A DNA stretch of 64,000 nucleotides from a bacterium (GTDB taxonomy: Bacteria; Patescibacteriota; UBA1384; CAILIB01): contig JBAXRQ010000001.1 of the NCBI GenBank assembly GCA_037131105.1, forward strand, positions 830,217 through 894,216, written 5' to 3'. The notes under the pieces are model-generated. The model did no database searches and was not told the DNA's origin. It saw only the letters and a program-made list of their open reading frames with translations. Position 1 is the stretch's first letter. Each line of letters starts with the position of its first letter. Below, one piece after another: positions 33,186 through 45,016 of the stretch. The translations under genes and the position numbers were made by a program.

Positions 33186-34319
33186 ATGGAACCAGAGACC
33201 CCTCCCAGCCCCACTCCCCAAACCGCTCCCAGTACAGGTTCAGGCCAATGGACAGTTTGGGTCTTTTTTCTCACCGTCGCAGGCTTTATCGTCCTACTCA
33301 TAGCCGTCCCCAGCGACTGGTGGATTACCCTGGGCTTCAGCTTCTTCATTCTGGTCCACCTGGCCGGCATACTCTACGTACCCACCCATGTCCTGCGTAC
33401 CGTCCACCGTATCAACCAAAAGCTCACTGACACGGTAATCCCAGTTATCTCCTACGATTCTCCTCAGAGCCTGGAGCCAGAGCTGTTACAAGCAGTACTC
33501 GAAGAGGATGCCAGTGAAGCCCAGACGGTCTGGAGCATTATCTGCGGACTCTTCTTTAAGGGCGCTCTCTTTTACACCAATGACGGCAGACTGCTCGCCA
33601 CTCCTGTCCAGCCCACCCTGCTACCAGCTGAAAAGACAGTCATGAGAGGACTGGCCGGACCCCACCCCAAGACCCCTTCGGAAGCCGCCCTTAATCTCTC
33701 CTACTTCACCAAGGGGATTGCCCTGGCAGTACGCCAGTCTCTGGACACCGGCAATTATTACGACCCTGAGGCCATCAGGATCCACCGGAGCTTCCACAGT
33801 ATCGCCCTATTCTTTTTCTCCTGGCCGTTGATAGTCCTGTTCTGTGCATTCGGCGGTGGCAGCTATACCAGTAGTATCGACAACCTCATCCCGCTCATGC
33901 TCTACGCCCTGGCCTTTACTCCTATTGCCTGGTTCTGCGGCGCCTTCTACTGGTACGGATTCAAACGCGAGCGCTTCCGTTCCCACCAGGGAGCTGTCTT
34001 GGACGATTTCTGCGTCGGCTTCAAAAAATACCTCACCGAAGTGGAGATAGCCACCTGCCAGGTTCGACCGGACCACGTTCCCTACATCATGGCCACCGAC
34101 CTCCTCCTTCTCGAGTGGAACGAAGTAGCCCGTAAACGAGACAATGACGGAAGCCTGGGAGTCTATACGGTACCCTGGTACCAGTCGGACCCACCCCTGG
34201 CCTACTCCCAGTTCACCACGTCACTGTTCAACCTTAGGAATGACCTACTCTCGGGTCTGGACACGGCCATCAACGAACGAGATCACCCAAAACCCCAGTA
34301 CAGCTCACACCTGGGATAG
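33186..34319 (+). CDS. Hypothetical polytopic membrane protein
   Basis: 377 aa with several hydrophobic helices. Confidence 0.4.
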   Translation: MEPETPPSPTPQTAPSTGSGQWTVWVFFLTVAGFIVLLIAVPSDWWITLGFSFFILVHLAGILYVPTHVLRTVHRINQKLTDTVIPVISYDSPQSLEPELLQAVLEEDASEAQTVWSIICGLFFKGALFYTNDGRLLATPVQPTLLPAEKTVMRGLAGPHPKTPSEAALNLSYFTKGIALAVRQSLDTGNYYDPEAIRIHRSFHSIALFFFSWPLIVLFCAFGGGSYTSSIDNLIPLMLYALAFTPIAWFCGAFYWYGFKRERFRSHQGAVLDDFCVGFKKYLTEVEIATCQVRPDHVPYIMATDLLLLEWNEVARKRDNDGSLGVYTVPWYQSDPPLAYSQFTTSLFNLRNDLLSGLDTAINERDHPKPQYSSHLG

Positions 34320-34322
34320 GCT

Positions 34323-34898
34323 CTATCTGTCCGGAAGGTATTTCTTGATGCTGCTAGCCTCCCGGTGCAGCCACCAGGCCGCCGCCACACCTATCACGGC
34401 CCCTGCCAGCACATCCGACGGATAATGCACCCCTGAGAATATCCTGCCCAGCCCCACCAGCACCGCCAGAATTACCGCACACCAGCCGCTCTTCTTGTAC
34501 CCTGAAAATACCAGGCTGAAAGCCAGGGCAAATGCCAGCATAGTATGCCCAGACGGGAAGCTGGCGGCATCCACCTTGAAGGTCATTGCCACCAGATCAG
34601 TGTGGGTAATAAACGGGCGAGGACGGGCCCAGACCACATTGATTACGCTCTTGAGAGCCGTCCCCAAGAGGGCCGACATAACCGCCAGCATCACCGCCTT
34701 CTTGGTGCCGTGCTTGCTCCCCTTGGCCTCAGGCAGCTCCCAGAGAATAATAAGCAGCACCGGCAATACGAAGATAAGTAGCTGGGCACAGAAGTAGACA
34801 AAGTCGTGCAGCCAGCCGTACTGGTTGGTAAGATTCACCGCATGTGAAAGCAGGCGGTAATCTATCCCCTGCAGAGAGGAAACCAGGTCATTGATCAT
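34323..34898 (-). CDS. PAP2 family phosphatase
   Basis: PAP2 motifs KxxxxxxRP...PSGH...SRxxxxxHxxxD (SFPSGHTM; SGVHYPSD). Confidence 0.8.
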   Translation of the reverse strand: MINDLVSSLQGIDYRLLSHAVNLTNQYGWLHDFVYFCAQLLIFVLPVLLIILWELPEAKGSKHGTKKAVMLAVMSALLGTALKSVINVVWARPRPFITHTDLVAMTFKVDAASFPSGHTMLAFALAFSLVFSGYKKSGWCAVILAVLVGLGRIFSGVHYPSDVLAGAVIGVAAAWWLHREASSIKKYLPDR

Positions 34899-34912
34899 GC
34901 CGTTATGGTATC

Positions 34913-35890
34913 ATGAAGGCCATGAAGATCTCCACCGCCACCAGCGACTATCTCGAGTATCTGCAGGTAGAACGCAACCGGTCCCCCAAGACCATCGTCG
35001 CCTACCGGCATTACCTGGAGCGCCTGATGGGCTGGCTGGGCAAGGACATTGAGATCGAGCAGCTTTCAGCTCAACAGGTTAGGAAATACCGGCTTTACCT
35101 TGCCCAGTTCGAGGACGAGTACGGCGAGCCCCTGACCCTGCGCACCCAGACCTACCACGTCATCGCCCTGCGCTCCTTGCTGCGCTACTGCATCAAGCGC
35201 GACCTCGCATGCCTCTCCCCTGACAAGATCGAACTGCCCAAACCCGAGGACCACGCCATCCAATACCTTTCGGCCGAAGACCTGGAGCGGTTACTTACCA
35301 TACCTGATACTTCCACTATGGGCGGCCTACGCGACCGGGCCCTGATGGAACTCCTCTTCTCTACTGGTTTGCGCGTGGCTGAGCTGACCGGACTGGACCG
35401 CCGTATGCTTTCTACTGAGACTGGAGAGATGCGAGTAATAGGCAAGGGACGCAAGGAGCGCATAGTCTTTATCTCTGATCGGGCCAAGGAGTGGATGCGG
35501 GCTTATCTCGACCGAAGGTCAGACACCTCTGAAGCGGCTTTCGTCGGCTACCGGGGCAAGGGCACCAGCGTCGACCCCTCTCCACAGGTTGAGGCTCAGG
35601 CCACCCGACTGACACCGCGCTCGGTGGATCGCCTGATTCAGAAGCATGCCTTGGAGGCTGGCATTGTAAAAAACGTTACTCCCCACTCCCTGCGCCACTC
35701 CTTCGCCACAGATCTGCTCTTAAACGGGGCAGACATCAGAAGCGTCCAGACTCTGCTCGGCCATGCCTCCATCACCACTACCCAGGTATATACCCACATA
35801 ACAAATCAGCGGCTGCGCGAGGTGCACAACCGCTTTCATGGCAAGGGGCTCGATAAGGACTCCCCAGAACAAGAAAAGCCCAAACCTTAG
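34913..35890 (+). CDS. xerC: Tyrosine recombinase XerC/XerD-like
   Basis: R...HxxR...Y catalytic pattern (HSLRHSFAT...LGHASITTTQVYTH) and an N-terminal SAM-like core-binding domain. Confidence 0.85.
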   Translation: MKAMKISTATSDYLEYLQVERNRSPKTIVAYRHYLERLMGWLGKDIEIEQLSAQQVRKYRLYLAQFEDEYGEPLTLRTQTYHVIALRSLLRYCIKRDLACLSPDKIELPKPEDHAIQYLSAEDLERLLTIPDTSTMGGLRDRALMELLFSTGLRVAELTGLDRRMLSTETGEMRVIGKGRKERIVFISDRAKEWMRAYLDRRSDTSEAAFVGYRGKGTSVDPSPQVEAQATRLTPRSVDRLIQKHALEAGIVKNVTPHSLRHSFATDLLLNGADIRSVQTLLGHASITTTQVYTHITNQRLREVHNRFHGKGLDKDSPEQEKPKP

Positions 35891-36135
35891 GAGGCCGGGC
35901 TTTCCAGCTGTTCAAATAATGGGACCGGGTTCGACAGGTTGTCGTTCTCGGTACTCACCTGGCCCTTGATCTTCTCGATCAGGTTCAGATGCTGGTCATG
36001 CTCCTGCATGAGCCGCTTGTTGCTGTATACGTTTATGGTGACGGTAGTAGCCATATTCTTTTCTTTTTGTGATGCTTTTGTTTTTGTAATTTCGACCGGT
36101 ATTTCCCGAATCGAAATTATATTAGTATAGGCCAA
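35887..36135 (-). CDS. Small hypothetical protein
   Basis: 82-aa ORF. Probably a shorter product starting at MATTVTIN. Confidence 0.25.
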   Translation of the reverse strand: MAYTNIISIREIPVEITKTKASQKEKNMATTVTINVYSNKRLMQEHDQHLNLIEKIKGQVSTENDNLSNPVPLFEQLESPAS

Positions 36136-36237
36136 TCGGACCGAAAAGTCAAGTCCCTAGTCTCTTCAAACGAGAAACGCAGCCGCCGGGTGGCGACTGC
36201 GCTCGTACGAATCCTTCACACGTTCCGTTCCTCGCTC

Positions 36238-36858
36238 CTAGCGGGGTAACAGAGCACCAACCTGATAGCGGTGCCCCCTCAGCATTTTACTGAGAGTGGG
36301 CATGGCATTGTGCTGCAGCCAGACGACCTGTTTTACATTCAGCATAAAGCCCTGCTCTGTCACACTCACCGCTGGAGTACCCAGGCGTAGCTTAGCTACA
36401 GTGGCCAATGCCTCAGGATTAACGAAATCCGGATCCATGTAGCCGCGAAAGCCCGGCTTGCTTACCTCCAGGTTTGGGTTGCAACAAAGATAGTAGGCTG
36501 CAGTTGCCACCTCATCCACCGTAAACGTAAACCACTTGGTCGACGGCTTGTTCTTCCTGCAAAAGCGGACTGCATAGACATGCCGCTTATCATGGTTACC
36601 GATGACCTCGATAGTCGGTTTGCCCCACTTGTACATCTCGGCAACACTCGACTGCGTGACGTCCGCATAGGCATCGGCATGAGAGCCTTTGTAGCCTGGA
36701 AGCCGCTTGGCGAACAGAGTGTGCAGCTCCCTCCCCAGGTCATCAGGTACCACGAACCCCTGATTAAGCAGATCTTTGCAGACCTTGCCAACGACAGTTG
36801 CATCGTACGCCGCGTAGAGCTTTGGGCTCACCGGCGCCTTAACTAACGCTTTGGTCAT
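36238..36858 (-). CDS. Hypothetical protein
   Basis: 206-aa ORF containing VIGNHD. I could not assign a family. Confidence 0.35.
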   Translation of the reverse strand: MTKALVKAPVSPKLYAAYDATVVGKVCKDLLNQGFVVPDDLGRELHTLFAKRLPGYKGSHADAYADVTQSSVAEMYKWGKPTIEVIGNHDKRHVYAVRFCRKNKPSTKWFTFTVDEVATAAYYLCCNPNLEVSKPGFRGYMDPDFVNPEALATVAKLRLGTPAVSVTEQGFMLNVKQVVWLQHNAMPTLSKMLRGHRYQVGALLPR

Positions 36859-37028
36859 GATTCATCCTCTCCCGTATAGACTGAGACGGTTATACCAGGT
36901 GATTCTTAACCTGTCAATCTGTAAATAAATGTGCGGCTTGACTAACAAATAATAAAAAGTTACTCTCCGAGCATGTTGCAGAGGACTTGACCACCTAGGC
37001 GACATAAGAACAAGGAAGGGAAGAGATA

Positions 37029-37571
37029 ATGACCACCGTTGACAACACCACACCAGGAGCAGTCGCACCAGCAGGACGAGTAGCAGACAACGTACCGCTC
37101 TGCTTCCTCCATGAGGATGATCCCGCTGCCTATTTTGGCGCATGCGAGGGAAAATTGACCACTCTCCCACCGCATCCGAAGACAGGACAGGTTATAACCT
37201 GTTGCACCGCCCACCGGACTAACGCCGACACCAAGCTCTCCAACACGGCTGAATATCTGGCCGAACGAAGCCTGCACATGGAGGCAATTCCCCAGGACGC
37301 CCCTACCCAACCCTGCAAGCTGACCACCTGCGGAGCTGACGCGTCCTACGTCATCGGAAACCCCAAAAGCAGGACTGACCACCCCTGCTGCAGCAACCAC
37401 ATTAAGCAAGTCGCCGATTTGCACGGGATGGTTGCACATACCCGCATCGCACCTTGCGACTACGGAACTGAGCTGATCCAGCTCCCCCCTTCAGAAGAAG
37501 TCTTGAGAAGTGGGATTCCCCTCGTCGACCCCCATACGGAGGCTCAAAACGCCAACTGGCTTTACAGCTGA
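37029..37571 (+). CDS. Cys-rich hypothetical protein
   Basis: 180-aa ORF with about 10 Cys, including CC pairs. Confidence 0.3.
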   Translation: MTTVDNTTPGAVAPAGRVADNVPLCFLHEDDPAAYFGACEGKLTTLPPHPKTGQVITCCTAHRTNADTKLSNTAEYLAERSLHMEAIPQDAPTQPCKLTTCGADASYVIGNPKSRTDHPCCSNHIKQVADLHGMVAHTRIAPCDYGTELIQLPPSEEVLRSGIPLVDPHTEAQNANWLYS

Positions 37572-37821
37572 TCAGTTGCCAGCACTCAAACCCATCCACC
37601 CGGAGCAAGGACCCCACGTCCTTGCTCCGTTTGGCGTCTTGAGGGCTACAACCTGGAGATTGCGCTCCCCCCTCTCTTCTGATATAGTAACGAGGCCATT
37701 GGTGACAGTATCTGTGACTCCGTCCTAAGCCAAGGACCCTGTCACCCTATCGAATCAAAGCCAACTACGAGGCCCCGTTTATCTGCCGGGAGTCTCACCC
37801 CACTAGTATTTTTGTATACTC

Positions 37822-38379
37822 ATGAAAGTAGGCGCTACCAAACAGTACGAATTGACCTTTATCCTCGGTGAGAAGACCACTCCCGAGTCCGGCATCAAGA
37901 AGACCGAGGCAGTAAAGAAGCTGGTCACCGACCAGAAGGGCGTTGTCACCAAAGAAGAGCTCTGGGGACGTCGCGAGCTTGCCTACCAGATCGGTAGCAA
38001 CCGCAGCGGTTTCTACGTTACCCTCTGGCTGGACATTGACGGCGAAGGCCTCAAGAACCTGCAGAAGGAAATGAGCTTCGATGCTGACATCATCAGATTC
38101 CTGGCCACCATCGCCTACACCACCGCCCAGCCTGGTACCCTGTACCCCGTTGTGGAAGGTGACGAGAAGAGCGAGAAGCCAGCCGGTGAGACCCCCCGCA
38201 AGGAGAAGGAGTCCACCTCAGTTTCCGCTGAAGAGATGCTCCGCAGCCACTCCGCTCCTGCCAAGACCGAAAAGCCTTCCAAGAAGGCCAAGGACACCAG
38301 CGAGGACCTTCCAGAGGAAGAGCGCCTGGAGAAGCTGGACACGGTACTGGAAGAGATGCTCAAGGACGAGCTGGAGTAA
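37822..38379 (+). CDS. rpsF: 30S ribosomal protein S6 with acidic C-terminal extension
   Basis: YELTFIL motif at the N-terminus. First gene of an rpsF-ssb-rpsR operon. Confidence 0.9.
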   Translation: MKVGATKQYELTFILGEKTTPESGIKKTEAVKKLVTDQKGVVTKEELWGRRELAYQIGSNRSGFYVTLWLDIDGEGLKNLQKEMSFDADIIRFLATIAYTTAQPGTLYPVVEGDEKSEKPAGETPRKEKESTSVSAEEMLRSHSAPAKTEKPSKKAKDTSEDLPEEERLEKLDTVLEEMLKDELE

Positions 38380-38409
38380 GACCCACCTTATCGGTTTAAG
38401 CCCCGACCC

Positions 38410-38934
38410 ATGCTAAACCTGAATCACATCGAGGTTATCGGCAATCTGACCAAGGATCCCGAGCTCCGCTATACCCCGAACAACCAGGCAGTCTGCTCCA
38501 TCAGCGTCGCGACCAACCGTCGTTACCGGGACCAGAACAACAACTGGGTGGACTCCCCGCCGGAGTACCACGATATCGTGATTTGGGGCCAGCTGGGAGA
38601 GCGCTGCAACCAGGTATTGCACAAGGGCGAGCGTATCTTCGTCAGCGGCCGCCTGCAGACCCGCTCCTGGGAAGCCCAGGACGGCAGCAAGCGCTACAAG
38701 ACCGAGATCGTGGCAGACAGCATCATCGGGCCAGACCAGGTCAACAAGAACCTGGGCAATGCAGGCGACAGCCTAGGCAATACCGGCTTTTCCTCTTCAG
38801 CTGCCGCCGGAGCCCCTGACTTCGCCGCCGAACCGGTAGCCGGAGGCGCCAAGCCCACCCCTGCCAAGGCAGCCCCCAAGAAGGCAGCCGGACCCTCAGA
38901 CGAGGAAATCAACATCGACGACATCCCATTCTAA
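38410..38934 (+). CDS. ssb: Single-stranded DNA-binding protein
   Basis: OB fold (HIEVIGNLTKDPELRYT), Gly-rich tail and an acidic DDIPF C-terminus. Confidence 0.9.
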   Translation: MLNLNHIEVIGNLTKDPELRYTPNNQAVCSISVATNRRYRDQNNNWVDSPPEYHDIVIWGQLGERCNQVLHKGERIFVSGRLQTRSWEAQDGSKRYKTEIVADSIIGPDQVNKNLGNAGDSLGNTGFSSSAAAGAPDFAAEPVAGGAKPTPAKAAPKKAAGPSDEEINIDDIPF

Positions 38935-38946
38935 CCAAGACGTTTC

Positions 38947-39198
38947 ATGGCAATGCAACCAAACAAGAAGGTATCCAAGGGCGGCTATCCCACTAACCGG
39001 AAGCGCCGCGCTCAGATCACCCGCAAGGTGACCGAGATCGACCACAAGAACCTGGCCCTGATCAAGCGCTACACCAGCGAGTTCGGCCAGATCGAGAGCC
39101 GCAAGCGGACCGGCAACGCCCCCGCTACCCAGCGCATGCTGGCCACCGCCATCAAGCGGGCCCGCATCCTCGCTTTGCTTCCCTTCGTTAAGAGATAG
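38947..39198 (+). CDS. rpsR: 30S ribosomal protein S18
   Basis: 83 aa with the conserved S18 core. Confidence 0.9.
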   Translation: MAMQPNKKVSKGGYPTNRKRRAQITRKVTEIDHKNLALIKRYTSEFGQIESRKRTGNAPATQRMLATAIKRARILALLPFVKR

Positions 39199-39289
39199 CT
39201 TCCATCTTACAACACCTTAAACGAGGTATCGTTCACAATAGGGCCATCCGGACCTGCCGAAGTCTCATAGAGGGAGGACCAGGGACCAA

Positions 39290-39871
39290 TTGGGAACGAT
39301 ACGAGTGCCCATGATAGGTATTACTGATCTCAAAACTGGTGTAGCTATTGACCTGGAGGGCGATCCTTATGTGGTCATGAACTACCAGCACAGCAAGATG
39401 GGCCGCGGCGGAGCCGTTATGCGCACCAAGCTGCGCAACCTGCGTACCGGCGCCCTGGTGGACATCACCTTCAAAGGTAGCGACAAGTTCGAAGAGGCCG
39501 ACCTTGACCGCCGGGCCTCATCCTTCCTGTACAGCGAAGGCACCGACTCTGTTTTCATGGACTCTACCTCCTTTGAACAGTACTCACTGTCTGCCGAGGT
39601 AGTAGGCGACAAGTCTCGGTTCCTCCGTGAGGGCAGCGAGGTGCTAATCCTGTTCTACCAGGACCAGCCCGTCAGTATCGACCTCCCCATTAAGATGGAG
39701 TTCGAGATCACCCACACCGAGCCAGGCGTCAAAGGTGACACCGCCCAGGGAGGCTCAAAGCCTGCTACTCTGGATACCGGCGCCACTATCACCGTCCCCC
39801 TCTTCGTAAAAACCGGCGACATGATCCGGGTAAATACCGTCGAAGGCACCTACGTCGAACGCGTTCGGTAG
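39290..39871 (+). CDS. efp: Elongation factor P
   Basis: KOW and OB domains. The start is probably the internal Met at 39311 (MIGITDLKTG). Confidence 0.9.
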   Translation: MGTIRVPMIGITDLKTGVAIDLEGDPYVVMNYQHSKMGRGGAVMRTKLRNLRTGALVDITFKGSDKFEEADLDRRASSFLYSEGTDSVFMDSTSFEQYSLSAEVVGDKSRFLREGSEVLILFYQDQPVSIDLPIKMEFEITHTEPGVKGDTAQGGSKPATLDTGATITVPLFVKTGDMIRVNTVEGTYVERVR

Positions 39872-39983
39872 CTAGCTCCAGTCGCTTTGTTTGAGCAAAG
39901 GCAGTCCGATACCATCGGGCTGCTTTTGTTTTTCGACAAATCAGTGATGTATACTAAATGAGACTATATGTAGCAAGGAGGAC

Positions 39984-40895
39984 ATGATTGGACTAGGAAG
40001 CTTATTTGGCAAGGGAGCGCCCGATCCGGCCGCCGTCCCCGCTCCGCCACCACCACCAGCTCCCGCCGCACCCGTGGCAGACGTTTCCGCGACGGACTCC
40101 AGTCCACGTGTTCTTGATATCTCCGGTGCCGCTCCCATGGCCCCCGCGCCTTCGGCCCCTACCGAAGATACCGCGTCCATTCCCGCTCCCGAACCTGTCG
40201 TAGCGGCCCCCGTAGTTGAGGAGGCTCCCGCTCCCGAGCCAGCTTCAGACCTTCCAGATATGAGCACTCCCCTGGTAGAAGCCGCCCCTGAGCCCATCGT
40301 GGAAGCACCCGCTACTGATGCGAGTCCGGCACCCAGTAGTATCTCCAACTTCATGGAGAGCATGGACCTCTCTGACAAAACAACCTCAGTCGAAACTCCT
40401 GGCGCTTCAATGAGCGCTGACGACACCGAGCCTCTTTCAGTTGGACCTATCGGGGAACTTTCCTTTGATGCACCAGCCGCCAGTACTTCGGCCGACTCAG
40501 ATACGACTACCTCAGACGACCAGAAGCCAGTTGACGAGTACAAGGAAGAGACCGACGAGACCCCAGTTACCGGTAGCGAGGAGAGCAGCCAGTCCTCAGC
40601 TTTGCCAGCAGACGATGCCCAGGGTTCGTTCCCCCAGACAGTTACTCAGCAGGTTGAATCCATCCTGCGTCAGAACGTAGATAACGAGCAGCAGGCTATC
40701 GGTGATGAAGAGAAGGCACTGAGCCAGCACCGCGAGGCCCTTGAGAAGCAGAAGGCAGACCTAGAAGAGAAGAAGAAGCAGATTGCTGACGAAGAAGAAG
40801 GTGTAAAGAAGCAAGAAGACGACCTCGGCCAGCGCCACCAGCGTTTGGACGCCAGAAAGGATAGGATTCAGAAGATTTTGCAGGACCTTCAGTAG
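39984..40895 (+). CDS. Pro/Ala-rich low-complexity protein with C-terminal coiled coil
   Basis: 303 aa with PAPAP repeats and a charged heptad-like C-terminus. Confidence 0.35.
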   Translation: MIGLGSLFGKGAPDPAAVPAPPPPPAPAAPVADVSATDSSPRVLDISGAAPMAPAPSAPTEDTASIPAPEPVVAAPVVEEAPAPEPASDLPDMSTPLVEAAPEPIVEAPATDASPAPSSISNFMESMDLSDKTTSVETPGASMSADDTEPLSVGPIGELSFDAPAASTSADSDTTTSDDQKPVDEYKEETDETPVTGSEESSQSSALPADDAQGSFPQTVTQQVESILRQNVDNEQQAIGDEEKALSQHREALEKQKADLEEKKKQIADEEEGVKKQEDDLGQRHQRLDARKDRIQKILQDLQ

Positions 40896-40993
40896 CAATG
40901 AACTGAGATGGAAGCGGACCACGAGGTCCGCTTCTTTAGTATTGACAGCTCTTGCTATAATCAAGGCACCCCGGTAGTGGAAGGAGGAAGCTA

Positions 40994-41518
40994 ATGAATC
41001 ACCGTTATTTCGCTGAAGCAGCCGACAGTGTCGGCACATGCACCCTGACAGGAGCAGACAACGGGAGGGCCGGCCATCTGAGCATGCCCTGTATGGCAGA
41101 CTTCTATGTCGGCCAGACCCATGCACTGGAAGCCCTCATAGATCGCTTCTGGATCTTGGCTCACCCACATTCAGAGGAGACATGCGAAGCGGACCACACC
41201 CGCGTCGTGTTGCCCACCCTTTACGAATGCATGGTCCAGGCTATTATGCCTGTCGCCACCGTCCTTCTCAGCGGCGCTGCCTGTCCGCCCAAGGGACTGG
41301 CCCAAGAACACCTGCAGCAGATGGCCATTACCCTTCTGCGGCTCGCCGACGTAAAGCGCCACTTGCTGTGGGCCATGGACCTTGAGGAAGGAGCTAGCCT
41401 CGAAACCCTCGAAGGAACCAAGTCCAAACCCAACTGCTTTGACAGACTACCCGACCAACTGGTCAATCATCTCAACCCAGCCTTCCTTGCCCAGGCAATG
41501 GATAAGACCCCTATCTAG
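40994..41518 (+). CDS. Hypothetical protein
   Basis: 174-aa ORF preceded by GGAAGGAGGAAG. Confidence 0.35.
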   Translation: MNHRYFAEAADSVGTCTLTGADNGRAGHLSMPCMADFYVGQTHALEALIDRFWILAHPHSEETCEADHTRVVLPTLYECMVQAIMPVATVLLSGAACPPKGLAQEHLQQMAITLLRLADVKRHLLWAMDLEEGASLETLEGTKSKPNCFDRLPDQLVNHLNPAFLAQAMDKTPI

Positions 41519-41594
41519 GTGGCTCGCCATCCAGACTACACAAAAGAACCCGACCCCCAGAGGGGTCGGGTTCAATCGTTCTCTCAGAAAAAAC

Positions 41595-43244
<1,650 letters not shown>

Positions 43245-43250
43245 TTAGGG

Positions 43251-43550
43251 CTACTTCTTCTTTTCTACCACGCCGAGAATGTCGCCGGAGTCCAATATAT
43301 AGAGCTCCTCGCCGTCGATCTTTACCTCGGTAGGACCGTACTTGGTAAACATCACTACCTGCCCTTCCTTGATGCCTAGGTCGGCAAAGGATACCAGGGT
43401 GCCGTCGATATATTTGCCGGTGCCTACGGCCAGTACAGTGCCTTCCTGGGGCTTCTCCTGGGCGGAATCAGGCAGAACGATGCCGGACTTGGTTACCTCC
43501 TCCTTATTCAGAGGCTTGACCAGAATGTGGTCGCCAATGGGACGTAGCAT
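43251..43550 (-). CDS. groS: Co-chaperonin GroES
   Basis: Start at MLRPIGD with AAGGAG 6 nt upstream. The track ORF carries a 13-aa extension. Confidence 0.9.
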   Translation of the reverse strand: MLRPIGDHILVKPLNKEEVTKSGIVLPDSAQEKPQEGTVLAVGTGKYIDGTLVSFADLGIKEGQVVMFTKYGPTEVKIDGEELYILDSGDILGVVEKKK

Positions 43551-43594
43551 ACGCGCTCCTTCATTACGGATGAATATAAGGTTATACAATGAAA

Positions 43595-43623
43595 AGTGTA
43601 AAGACTTGTTTACACCCCGTCAA
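43595..43623 (-). promoter_or_regulatory. Putative sigma70-type promoter of groES-groEL overlapped by palindrome GTGTAAA-N6-TTTACAC
   Basis: Minus-strand TTGACG, 17-nt spacer, TACACT. The perfect 7-bp inverted repeat at 43596..43615 lies across the spacer and -10, as an operator would. It is not CIRCE-like. Confidence 0.45.
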
Positions 43624-43783
43624 GTCCATATGAATACAACAAGGAACTGACGGGGTGTCCTAAGAACATCCAGCGGCTATATTCCGAAGTTCGAAGGAAC
43701 ATCTTGTCAATCTTCCTTTTCTGTAGCTTATTTTCGATAAGTCTCCTTGCAGTCTATACAATGTCAACTTTATTTTCCATTTT

Positions 43784-43816
43784 AAAAACCGCCGTACCCG
43801 AAGGTCGTGCGGTTTT
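43784..43816 (-). terminator. Hairpin terminator (copy 1 of a duplicated 33-nt hairpin)
   Basis: AAAACCGC...CCCGAAGG...GCGGTTTT located 3' of the 43874 gene. A near-identical copy sits at 46504..46536. Confidence 0.55.
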
Positions 43817-43873
43817 AAGATTCCTGTCTTTCCAGAATGTCAGAGGTTGACGCACCTCCTTGCGCCGGAAAAA

Positions 43874-44368
43874 CTAGTTTCTCCATATGACTACGTCGTA
43901 CAGCACGCAGCCGTTGGGCAGGCTGATAGCGTTGCGCCGCTGATCAACCGTTAGCAAGGCCTCTATGCAGGCCTGCACCCTTTCGGGTTCGCCGGAAAGG
44001 TGGAACAGGAGGCCGCTACCCCCGCTGTCGACATGCTCACTTCGCACGTACCGAGGAGTCTCGGTCCAGCAGCGGAACTGGACGCCTTGACGTGCCAGCG
44101 TGAAGCTGAGTCTTGGAATGAACTTGACTTCGAATCCCAAGACCTTGCTCATGAGCTCGCAAGCCCGTAGTCTTTCTTCGTCCGAAGAATTCTGGCACTG
44201 CTCGCCAAGACCGATGAGCTCCTTGAGGACCTCCACCTGCTTGTCCTCCGAAAAGGTGCGCAGGGCCTTGTTGAAGGCCTGGTTCTTTCCATTGCCAACC
44301 TCCACATACTGCTGCTTCTTGGGCAAATTGGCAGCTGCAAAAACGGCTTCAATGTGCGGTGTGTTCAT
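43874..44368 (-). CDS. Hypothetical protein
   Basis: I chose the start at MNTPHIEA, which has an AAGGAA RBS. The track ORF is 20 codons longer. Confidence 0.35.
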   Translation of the reverse strand: MNTPHIEAVFAAANLPKKQQYVEVGNGKNQAFNKALRTFSEDKQVEVLKELIGLGEQCQNSSDEERLRACELMSKVLGFEVKFIPRLSFTLARQGVQFRCWTETPRYVRSEHVDSGGSGLLFHLSGEPERVQACIEALLTVDQRRNAISLPNGCVLYDVVIWRN

Positions 44369-44511
44369 GTCATTCCTTTTCTTCTCTCTGTTACTGTCCT
44401 CGCGGTACAGTGCCCTAGAAGATTTCAAAAGTACGAACCTTTGAGCGTTATCGGCTCAGGGTGGGTGGAGTGGGCTTATGCAGCCCACCCACACCTGAAA
44501 CGACACCTGCC

Positions 44512-44850
44512 TTACATTTCCTTCCCATCCTTCGGTTCGTAACGCCACTCAACCCCCGGAGTCCGAGGCACGTACTGGCAGGGATCATCCAAGCGCGAAA
44601 CCCAAGGCCACGAGCGATCCCTCCAGCGACCTCCTGGCTTCTCCTCCATAAATGGCTGAGAAGTGCTGACAATAACCAGCTTCAGGTCGTGGTCTTTGGC
44701 AAAATCCTGCACTTCGCGGAGCTTACTGCCGTCACGTGAGCTTAGAGCGCAATAGGGACAGACGACGCGCAGAACCAGCTCCCCAGATCTCGTGATCTCT
44801 GCCGGAATTGCCATCCATCCTTTCGCGCTCTCTTTCAAAAATAGTTCCAT
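44512..44850 (-). CDS. Hypothetical protein
   Basis: 112-aa ORF in the same operon as the REC-only gene. Confidence 0.3.
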   Translation of the reverse strand: MELFLKESAKGWMAIPAEITRSGELVLRVVCPYCALSSRDGSKLREVQDFAKDHDLKLVIVSTSQPFMEEKPGGRWRDRSWPWVSRLDDPCQYVPRTPGVEWRYEPKDGKEM

Positions 44851-45016
44851 GATGTCTCTCCTACTTCCTCTCGCCTCCCGTTTCCGGTGGGGCTTAAGTG
44901 AAGCTCACTCCAAATGTCTAAACCTGTCGAGCCAAATCGGCTCAGGGCAGGTGAGGTAAGTCCTAAGACTCAACCGCACCTGAGACGATGACCGTTCTCG
45001 GTCAGCGAGCCAGACA

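Noticed and set aside
43551-43589. 13-aa N-terminal extension of groES
   Set aside because: The AAGGAG RBS sits immediately before the internal ATG. GroES family proteins start at that position.
43590-43660. CIRCE/HrcA operator upstream of groES
   Set aside because: The TTAGCACTC-N9-GAGTGCTAA consensus is absent. Different palindromes are present instead and are reported separately.
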